A stretch of 64,000 nucleotides of DNA from Aeriscardovia sp. (lineage in GTDB: Bacteria > Actinomycetota > Actinomycetes > Actinomycetales > Bifidobacteriaceae), in contig JAGBQM010000009.1 in assembly GCA_017632855.1 (NCBI GenBank), forward strand, positions 7,082 through 71,081. Direction: 5' to 3'. A model generated the notes under the pieces. The model ran no database searches, had not been told where the DNA came from, and worked only from the letters and a program-made list of their open reading frames with translations. Below are positions 57,015 through 64,000 of this stretch, one piece after another. The translations under genes and the position numbers were made by a program. Each line of letters opens with the position of its first letter. The first letter of the stretch is position 1.

Positions 57015-57509
57015 CTAAGCTTTCACGCTTCGTTTGAGGTTCTTGAGCCTGAGGGCCCTTTGGGCCTCTTTTTTGTCTTCTTCCTCCCTCAAAGCCCTCC
57101 TTTTATCGTATTCCTTCTTTCCTTTTCCGAGCGCGAAAGACAGCTTTACCAGGCCTTTGTCGTTGAAGTAGAGGCGCAGGGGGACGAGGGTATATCCTTT
57201 CGTTTCCAACTTTTGAGCGAGCTTTAGAAGCTGCTTTTTGTGCAGGAGGAGCTTTCTTTTCCTAAGCGAATCGTGCTTAAAGCTGTTGGCGAAGCTGTAA
57301 CCGGAAATATTCGCCCCCTCCAGCCACGCCTCCCCCCTCTTGTCTATGGAGATGAAAGACTGCGCCAGGGAGGCTCTGGAATCTCTAAGCGACTTTACTT
57401 CGCTCCCTACCAGCGCCAGCCCCGCCTCCAATTCGTCTTCAAGGAAGTAGTCGAACTTGGCCCTTCTGTTGGTGGCTATGGTTTTATCGTCGGCCTTTTT
57501 ATTTTTCAT
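57015..57509 (-). CDS. smpB: SsrA-binding protein SmpB
   Basis: 164 aa with NRRAKFDYFLEDELEAGLALVGSEVKSLR. 11-nt overlap with prfB. Confidence 0.93.
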   Translation of the reverse strand: MKNKKADDKTIATNRRAKFDYFLEDELEAGLALVGSEVKSLRDSRASLAQSFISIDKRGEAWLEGANISGYSFANSFKHDSLRKRKLLLHKKQLLKLAQKLETKGYTLVPLRLYFNDKGLVKLSFALGKGKKEYDKRRALREEEDKKEAQRALRLKNLKRSVKA

Positions 57510-58605
57510 GTTGCTTTTTCCAATGCATCCCGCTGGAGAGAAACTCGTCTATATTTCCGGCCAGCACTCCCTCCACGTCTGAAGTTTCCACTCCCGTCCT
57601 AAGGTCCTTGACCATTTGGTAAGGGTGGAATACGTAGGAGCGGATCTGATCTCCCCAGCTGGCCTTGACGTCGCCTGCCAGCTCTTTTCTCTGCTCGTTT
57701 TCTTCCTGCTTTTTAATCGCCAAAAGTTTTGACTGGAGAATTTGCATGGCCAGGGCCTTATTTTGTATCTGGCTCCTTTGGTTCTGCATATTTACCACGA
57801 TGCCTGTAGGAATATGGGTGATTCTTACGGCAGAGTAAGTGGTGTTTACCCCCTGGCCCCCGGGTCCGGAAGACTGAAAGGTATCTATGCGCAGATCCCC
57901 TTCCTCTATTTTCACTTCGTCCGAACTCTCCACCAAAGGAATCACTTCCACTCCCGCAAAACTCGTGTGCCTGCGGCCCTGGTTGTCGAAGGGGGAAATC
58001 CTTACGAGCCGGTGAGTGCCGGCCTCGCTGGCTAAAATCCCGTAGCTGTAAGGGGCCATTACCTGAAAAGTGGCGGACTTGATTCCGCCTTCTTCGCCTT
58101 GGGAAAGGTTGAGCAGGCTGGTTTCGTATCCTTTTTTCTTGCACCAGTGCAGGTACATCCGCAAAAGCATTTGCGTCCAGTCGGCGGCGTCGTTTCCTCC
58201 GGCCCCGCTCCTGATTGTGACTACGGCGTTCTTTTCGTCATATTCACCGTTTAGAAGGGATCGCAGCTGCAGGGAGGAGATTTCCTCCTCCGCTTTTTTC
58301 ATCTCTTTTGCGGCTTCTTCCAAAAGCGAGGGATCCCCTTCCTCCTGGGCGAGGGAAATCATGAGGGAAATGTCGGAAAGGGAGGCCTTAATCTCTTCAA
58401 TCTTTGAAAGCAGAGCCTGATTTGCGGAAAGCGAGGAAAAAAGGGCCTGGGCCGAATCCGGATCGTCCCACAGGTTTTCGGCAGAGGTTTTTTCCTGCAG
58501 CTCCTTTACCTTTCCCTTTACCCCTTCCGGGTCTATCGCCCGGCACACCGATGCAAACAGATCTTCTATCTGGGAGAGTCTTTGTCTTTCGTCAGCTTCC
58601 GCCAT
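57499..58605 (-). CDS. prfB: peptide chain release factor 2 (single uninterrupted ORF)
   Basis: SPF tripeptide (RISPFD) and GGQ (SGPGGQGVN). 368 aa, full length, no internal in-frame stop. Confidence 0.93.
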   Translation of the reverse strand: MAEADERQRLSQIEDLFASVCRAIDPEGVKGKVKELQEKTSAENLWDDPDSAQALFSSLSANQALLSKIEEIKASLSDISLMISLAQEEGDPSLLEEAAKEMKKAEEEISSLQLRSLLNGEYDEKNAVVTIRSGAGGNDAADWTQMLLRMYLHWCKKKGYETSLLNLSQGEEGGIKSATFQVMAPYSYGILASEAGTHRLVRISPFDNQGRRHTSFAGVEVIPLVESSDEVKIEEGDLRIDTFQSSGPGGQGVNTTYSAVRITHIPTGIVVNMQNQRSQIQNKALAMQILQSKLLAIKKQEENEQRKELAGDVKASWGDQIRSYVFHPYQMVKDLRTGVETSDVEGVLAGNIDEFLSSGMHWKKQHEK

Positions 58606-58607
58606 TT

Positions 58608-59381
58608 TTACCTTGCCGTCAGTATCACGGGGCCGGATTCCGTAATGGCGATCTCATGCTCGCTATGGGCCCCTCTTGATCCGTCCGCGCTCCTTATGGT
58701 CCACCCGTCGTCGGGATCCTGGTAGATTTCGTCCGTTCCCTCCATAAGCCAGGGTTCTATGCATATCACAAGCCCGGGGCGCAGCTTAAAGCCCCTGTGG
58801 GCCCTTCCGTCATTGGGGACGTAAGGCTCGCAGTGCATCTGCCTTCCTATGCCGTGCCCTCCGAATACAGTGTTTACTTTGTATCCCCTCTCATGAGCGA
58901 CCTGGCCCGCAGCGGCGGAGATGTCTCCGAGGTGGTTTCCCACCTTCGCCTGGGCTATTGCGGCCTCAAGGGCGTCTTGGGTGGCCTTTATCACCCTTTT
59001 GTCTTCTTCGGATCCTTCCTCCCCGACCAAAAAGCTCAAAGCGGAGTCGCCTACCCATCCGTTCACGTTAAGGGCCAAATCCAAAGAGAGCAGATCCCCC
59101 TTCTTAAGGTTGTAGTCGTAAGGGACGCCGTGGAGAACGGCGTCATTTACTGAGGTGCAGATGTAATGGCCAAACGGGCCCGTCCCGAAATCGGGAGCGT
59201 AGTCTACGTAAGGGGAGGAGCAGTTTTTCGTATCCTTTATGACCTTGTGCACGTACTCGTCTATTTCCAAAAGATTCGTTCCGGGCTTGACGCTTTCGCT
59301 TAGCTCTTTTAGCGTTTTTGCCACCAGGCGGGCGGCAGGCTTCATCTCTTCCACTTCTTTAGGAGTTTTAATCTCAATCAT
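58608..59381 (-). CDS. map: type I methionine aminopeptidase
   Basis: 257 aa with metal ligands in the usual contexts (DLALNVNGWVGD, GHGIG, IEP). Confidence 0.93.
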   Translation of the reverse strand: MIEIKTPKEVEEMKPAARLVAKTLKELSESVKPGTNLLEIDEYVHKVIKDTKNCSSPYVDYAPDFGTGPFGHYICTSVNDAVLHGVPYDYNLKKGDLLSLDLALNVNGWVGDSALSFLVGEEGSEEDKRVIKATQDALEAAIAQAKVGNHLGDISAAAGQVAHERGYKVNTVFGGHGIGRQMHCEPYVPNDGRAHRGFKLRPGLVICIEPWLMEGTDEIYQDPDDGWTIRSADGSRGAHSEHEIAITESGPVILTAR

Positions 59382-59604
59382 TTTTCCTCTTTAAAAAACT
59401 CAAACTCAGTTTCCGCGCCTTGGCGCGGGGCAATAGGCAACAAGCGATTTTTAAAGGAAGGGGGGACCCTTTTTCCTTCAAAGATCCCCGCGCGGAAGGG
59501 CCAAAGACGAAAGCAAAAGGCCTGTAGGCCGGGCCAAAGCGTAAAGACAGTTGGAGCTGGAGGTTTCCATGGCGTCTTTGGAACTTCTTCCGATTATAAG
59601 TAAG

Positions 59605-59691
59605 CGGATAGGGCGAGATTCGAACTCGCGGAACCTGGAAGGGTTCAATGGTTTTCAGGACCATCCCATTCGACCGCTCTGGCACCTATCC
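59605..59691 (-). tRNA. tRNA-Ser, anticodon UGA (type II, long variable arm), CCA not encoded
   Basis: Hand fold. Acceptor GGATAGG/CCTATCC with discriminator G. D stem CCA/TGG. Anticodon stem ATGGT/ACCAT with loop CCTGAAA. Variable arm GAACC-cttcca-GGTTC. T arm GCGAG-TTCGAAT-CTCGC. Its 5' end lies 19 nt downstream of serS. Confidence 0.85.
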
Positions 59692-59710
59692 GTGTGAAAG
59701 CAATTCTACT

Positions 59711-60982
59711 CTATAAGGCGGGCAAAATAAATTCCAGCCCTCCCATGTAGGGCCTCAGGCTTGTCGGAATTTCTATCCTTCCGTCTTTCATCTGGTGATT
59801 TTCAAGAATGCAGGCCAGCCACCTGGTGGTGGAAAGGGTGCCGTTCAAGGTGGCGCAATATTCGTTCTTGTCCCCGTTCTTGTAGCGGATGGAAAGCCTT
59901 CTGGCCTGGTACTGGGTGCAGTCGGAAGTAGAGGTCAACTCCCTGTAGCGGCCTTGGGTGGGCATCCAGCCTTCGCAGTCAAACTTCCTGCTGGCGGACG
60001 CTCCCAAGTCCCCTGCGGCTATGTCTATAACCCTGAAGGGGATCTCCATCTTGGAAAGCATGGACTTTTCCATTTCCAGCAGCTCCAAGTGGATTTTTTC
60101 GCTCTCTTCCGGTTTGCAGTACACAAACATTTCCACTTTGTTGAACTGGTGGACGCGGATGATTCCGTGCGTGTCCTTTCCGGCGGCTCCGGCCTCCCTT
60201 CTGTAGCAGGTGGAAAATCCGCAGTACTTGAGGGGCTTTTCCAGGTTCAGTATCTCATCTGCGTGCATGCCGGCGAGGGCCACTTCAGAGGTTCCCACAA
60301 GGTACTGGTCGTCAGGCTCCCTCAGGCGGTAGATTTCTTCGGAGTGCTGGTTTAAAAATCCGGTTCCCGCCATTATTTCAGGCTTGACTAAAGTGGGGGT
60401 GATGGTCGGAACGAACCCGTTTTCCCTTCCAAATTCAAGCCCCAGCATTTCAAGGGCGAGCTCAAGCCTGGCGAGGTCTCCTTTAAGGAAGTAGAACCTA
60501 GCTCCCGACACCTTGGCGCCCCTGGCCATGTCGATTCCCCCGCACTTTTCCCCAAGCGCGAGGTGATCTAGGGGTTTGAACCCCTCCTCTTCAAAATCGC
60601 GGATTCGGCCTGTCTTTTCCACTATCTTGTAGTCGTCTTCTCCGCCGTTGGGAGCCATGCGGGAAACGAGGTTGCTAAGCTGCCATGCGCTTTCTTTCCA
60701 TTTTTCTTCAGCCCTGTCGGCGTCCGCCTTTAAAAGGTTTACCTTTTCGGCCAAGGCTTTCAGCTCGTTTGCCAGCCTCTCTTTTTCTTTCTTGTCTTCT
60801 TTTCCGAACAGCGCGGACTGGTTCTTTTGCTCCGCCCTTGCCTCTTCCCAGCGTGTCAGAGAGTCCCTGCGCAGTTTGTCCAAAGCCAGCACTTCGTCTA
60901 CCAGCTCTACGCTTTCTTTCCTTCTCCCTTGAGAGACCCTGAAAAGATCGGGGTCGTCTCTGAGCAGCTGCATATCTATCAT
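59711..60982 (-). CDS. serS: seryl-tRNA synthetase
   Basis: 423 aa with an N-terminal coiled-coil arm and class II motifs (FRREAGAAGKDTHGIIRVHQF, GTLSTTR). Confidence 0.95.
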   Translation of the reverse strand: MIDMQLLRDDPDLFRVSQGRRKESVELVDEVLALDKLRRDSLTRWEEARAEQKNQSALFGKEDKKEKERLANELKALAEKVNLLKADADRAEEKWKESAWQLSNLVSRMAPNGGEDDYKIVEKTGRIRDFEEEGFKPLDHLALGEKCGGIDMARGAKVSGARFYFLKGDLARLELALEMLGLEFGRENGFVPTITPTLVKPEIMAGTGFLNQHSEEIYRLREPDDQYLVGTSEVALAGMHADEILNLEKPLKYCGFSTCYRREAGAAGKDTHGIIRVHQFNKVEMFVYCKPEESEKIHLELLEMEKSMLSKMEIPFRVIDIAAGDLGASASRKFDCEGWMPTQGRYRELTSTSDCTQYQARRLSIRYKNGDKNEYCATLNGTLSTTRWLACILENHQMKDGRIEIPTSLRPYMGGLEFILPAL

Positions 60983-61113
60983 TTTCCAAGCTCCAATTCG
61001 CTATTGTCCTATAAAGCTATGATACAAGACGATTTCCTGCACCTTTTGCGATCTGGCAATGTTTAAAGCGGGGGTTTGTAATAGATTAGAAAGAAAAGAG
61101 GGGAAATCAATAC

Positions 61114-62304
61114 ATGAAAGACAAAAAGCGTCATTTACTCATATCCGCCATTTTCAAAATTGGATTTTTCGTTTTCGCTTTCGCCGCCGTTTCGGGCGCG
61201 GCCAAGGGATTGCTAAATTTTGCCAAAAAGAAAAGGGATGAAAAGGAGGTAAGGAAGCGGAGGATAGAAATCAGGGAAGACGATCAGAGCGCCGACTACG
61301 CTTTCATCATCAATCCTTCAAAGCCCAGGGCTGCGAAAGTGGAAGAGACGGTGAGGGAATTTTTCGCCCAAAGGCATATGCAGCCTCCGGTATTCATAAA
61401 TACCCTGATTGAAAAAGACGGCTACGCCTGCGCGAAAGAGGCCCTGAAAAGGGGAGCCAAGGTAGTAGTGGCGTGCGGAGGGGACGGAACGGTGAGAACC
61501 GTTGGAAGCGCCCTGTGCGGGAGCGGGGTGCCTATGGGGGTTTTGCCCATAGGCACGGCCAACCTCTTTGCAAAAAACGTCGGACTTCCCTTGGATGTTA
61601 AGGAATCCCTTAGAGTAGTAGTCTCGCACGGCTCCAAAAAGATAGATATGGGGAGCATGAGGTTCCTGGATTCCCAAGATCCGGATTTCAAGCATCGTTT
61701 CCTTTTGATTTCCGGAATCGGAACCGACGCGGAAATGATAGGCCTGACCAATCTCTCCCTGAAAAAGTACCTGGGATGGGGGGCCTACGTGATAGGGGGG
61801 CTTAAAAGCATCATCACCCCCCACTACGTCGGAGACATCTCCGTAGAGGATGAAGAGAAAAAAATCGTCCGCTTTTCAAACGTGCGCTTTAGGAGCTTTC
61901 TTGTGGGAAACTGCGGAAAAATTCCGCTTTTAGAGCTCATGCCTGGGGCCTCCTACACGGACGGGGTTCTGGACTTCAAGCTGCTCGACACCCAAAAAGG
62001 CCTGCTGGGGTGGGCGGAACTTATAAGCGGCCTGTTTTACGAGTCCAAGTCCAAGAGATCGGGGACGCCGCCGCTTAACGACGCCTTTACGATGAGGGAG
62101 ATAAAAGGGCTGGAGGCCTCGCTGAACCTTAGGGAAAAAGCTCCTGTGGAACTGGACGGGGACGTAGTGGGCAAAAGCTCCAAGATCCTCGTAGAGGTAG
62201 AAAAGCAAGCCCTAATCCTGCGGGTTCCGGAGGGATCGCAGGAAGTGGACGCCACCGGCTTCATTCCTTTGGGGGATCTGAGGAAGAACCTGAAGCAGGA
62301 TTAA
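61114..62304 (+). CDS. diacylglycerol/lipid kinase (DAGK_cat, YegS/LCB5-like) with an N-terminal TM anchor
   Basis: VVACGGDGTV and LPIGTANLFAKN motifs. One N-terminal TM followed by a basic linker. Confidence 0.85.
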   Translation: MKDKKRHLLISAIFKIGFFVFAFAAVSGAAKGLLNFAKKKRDEKEVRKRRIEIREDDQSADYAFIINPSKPRAAKVEETVREFFAQRHMQPPVFINTLIEKDGYACAKEALKRGAKVVVACGGDGTVRTVGSALCGSGVPMGVLPIGTANLFAKNVGLPLDVKESLRVVVSHGSKKIDMGSMRFLDSQDPDFKHRFLLISGIGTDAEMIGLTNLSLKKYLGWGAYVIGGLKSIITPHYVGDISVEDEEKKIVRFSNVRFRSFLVGNCGKIPLLELMPGASYTDGVLDFKLLDTQKGLLGWAELISGLFYESKSKRSGTPPLNDAFTMREIKGLEASLNLREKAPVELDGDVVGKSSKILVEVEKQALILRVPEGSQEVDATGFIPLGDLRKNLKQD

Positions 62305-62327
62305 AGATCTTTCACTATTCTTGTCTT

Positions 62328-63977
62328 ATGGAATATACGCGAGCCGGAAAGCCGGCAGAAGAAAAAGATCTCATAAATCCCGATCTTTTGGTAAGAAAAT
62401 ACTACGAACTCGTTCCCGATCCGTCGAAGCCCTCCCAGAGAGTGGCCTTCGGCACGAGCGGACACAGGGGAACCTCTTGCTCCTCGTCCTTTAACGAGGC
62501 GCACATAGTTTCCATCTCCAAAGCCATAGCCGAAGTCAGGAAAGAAGAAGGCGTGGCGGGACCCCTATTTATAGGGAAAGACACGCACGCCTTAAGCGAA
62601 TGCGCATGGAGAAGCGCGATAGAAGTGCTGACGGCGGCGGGAGTGGAAATCATAATAGATTCAAGGCCTTATACCCCTACCCCCGTAATTTCGAGGGCGA
62701 TAATCAAGTACAACTCGGATCGGGAGAGGATGGCTGACGGGATAGTCGTGACCCCTTCCCACAATCCTCCCGAATTTGGAGGCTTTAAGTACGATTCGAC
62801 GGCGGGGGGCCCGGCTCCCGAAGGCATAACTTCCCGCATCGCCAAAAGGGCAAACGAAATTCTGGAGGACTGGAAAAAAGTCGAAAGGATACCTTTCGAA
62901 AAGGCGATTTCGAGCATCTTTATAAAAAAGCTCGACTACAGGGAGATGTACGTGGAAGATCTGGCCAAAGTCATAGACTTTGAAGCTGTCCGAAGCGGCA
63001 AGGCGAAAATCGGCGTAGATCCCCTTTCGGGGGCCTCCATAGACTACTGGGAGGCCATAAACGACAGGTACGGCCTAAACATCAGCCAGCTCAGAGACAA
63101 GCTGGATCCCACATGGTCCTTCATGACGCTGGATCACGATGAAAAGATAAGAATCGATCCTTCTTCAAAAGACGCGATGGCCGGCATAAAGGCGAAGCTG
63201 GACGAAGAAAACGCATGGGAAAAGCTGGATCTCGTGTGCGCTACGGATCCCGATGCAGACAGGTTCGGCCTCATAGACAAAGAGGAAGGCGTCATAAACC
63301 CCAACTACTTCCTGGCTTCCGCCGTTTCCTACCTTTCTTCCCGGCGCAAATGGGGGAAGGGCAAAAAGGTAGGCAAGACCGTGGTTTCTTCCGACCTCAT
63401 ACGCAAGGCGGCCGAAAGGTACTGCTCCGGAGCATGGGAAGTTCCGGCCGGTTTTAAGTGGTTCGTGGATCCTCTCATAGAGGGGAAAGTGTCCATGGCG
63501 GGAGAAGAAAGCGCGGGAATGACGCTGCTTTGCAGAGACGGTTCTCTTTGGACTACCGACAAAGACGGAATAGTGGCCGATCTTTTGGCGATGGAAATGG
63601 CCTCCTGCGGACAATCCCCTTCCCTTTTGCATAAGGAAGAAGAGAAGGATTTCGGGCCTTCGTGGTACCAAAGAGTGGACGTCGCAGCAGATCTCGAGGT
63701 AAGGGAGGCGATAAAAGGGCTGGATCCCGGCCAGGTGGAGTGCCCCTTCATAGGATCCGAGCCCGTTTCTTCCATAACCGACAAGACCAGGGAAGGGATA
63801 AAGTTCGGGGGGATAAAAGTAGAGAGCCGAAATACATGGTTTGTGGTGCGCCCCTCGGGCACCGAAGCGATTTACAAGATATACGCCGAATCCTTCTCTT
63901 CGAAAAAGCAGCTTGACGACGCCATAGAAGAGGCAAAGAAACTGGTTGGAAGAATTTCGCCAAAGACCTGCAAGTGA
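62328..63977 (+). CDS. pgm: phosphoglucomutase (alpha-D-glucose phosphate-specific)
   Basis: 549 aa with the phosphoserine loop TPSHNPPEFGGFKY, metal loop TDPDADR and sugar loop GEESAG. Confidence 0.93.
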   Translation: MEYTRAGKPAEEKDLINPDLLVRKYYELVPDPSKPSQRVAFGTSGHRGTSCSSSFNEAHIVSISKAIAEVRKEEGVAGPLFIGKDTHALSECAWRSAIEVLTAAGVEIIIDSRPYTPTPVISRAIIKYNSDRERMADGIVVTPSHNPPEFGGFKYDSTAGGPAPEGITSRIAKRANEILEDWKKVERIPFEKAISSIFIKKLDYREMYVEDLAKVIDFEAVRSGKAKIGVDPLSGASIDYWEAINDRYGLNISQLRDKLDPTWSFMTLDHDEKIRIDPSSKDAMAGIKAKLDEENAWEKLDLVCATDPDADRFGLIDKEEGVINPNYFLASAVSYLSSRRKWGKGKKVGKTVVSSDLIRKAAERYCSGAWEVPAGFKWFVDPLIEGKVSMAGEESAGMTLLCRDGSLWTTDKDGIVADLLAMEMASCGQSPSLLHKEEEKDFGPSWYQRVDVAADLEVREAIKGLDPGQVECPFIGSEPVSSITDKTREGIKFGGIKVESRNTWFVVRPSGTEAIYKIYAESFSSKKQLDDAIEEAKKLVGRISPKTCK

Positions 63978-64000
63978 AAATTTATGTAGAAGAAGCGGTC

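Noticed and set aside
57499-58605. Looked for the programmed +1 frameshift site usual in prfB
   Set aside because: The RF2 ORF is continuous from an N-terminus of normal length to the end. There is no short upstream ORF ending in CUU UGA. The gene appears frameshift-independent, as in many Actinomycetota.
59374-59685. 103-aa ORF spanning the map/tRNA spacer
   Set aside because: It overlaps the tRNA-Ser gene on the same strand, has no SD, and its product is R/P-rich with non-protein-like composition.

Overview
Gene-dense chromosomal window, nearly all housekeeping. It looks like a streamlined Actinomycetota genome, possibly Bifidobacteriaceae-like; this taxon call is low confidence and rests only on gene order and protein motifs. 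Supporting gene order: gmk-rpoZ-metK-priA-fmt, an orphan groEL behind a CIRCE operator, clpC, ung next to a LytR_C gene, DUF948-alaS-ruvX-mltG, a MoxR-DUF58-vWA operon, and several starts with leaderless-type geometry. I call about 57 protein genes, one tRNA-Ser, one decayed gene fragment, and a few terminators, operators and -10 elements. I saw no rRNA, CRISPR array, transposase, integrase or prophage genes. Accessory or unusual content: (1) a ~1 kb island at 27.1-28.15 kb whose nuclease half is strongly AT-rich; it carries a cytoplasmic stand-alone DUF1524/His-Me (HNH-like) nuclease plus an unrecognisable ~100-aa downstream partner, inserted between a GT2 glycosyltransferase and an aminotransferase. 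This is my best candidate for an undescribed toxin-immunity or defence-like module. (2) A 4 kb gene for a six-module LPXTG surface protein, followed directly by a multiply frameshifted partial copy of its last module and sorting signal. (3) A TyrDC-type decarboxylase gene coupled to tyrS. (4) A six-gene MoxR/DUF58/vWA (Bat-like) operon running into an 809-aa MprF-like fusion protein. (5) Smaller oddities: PriA without recognisable helicase motifs, an omega subunit with a ~60-aa acidic tail, a tRNA-Ser whose hand fold gives C at position 33, and prfB overlapping smpB with no ftsEX and no ssrA nearby. All family assignments come from reading motifs and from memory, not from database searches.
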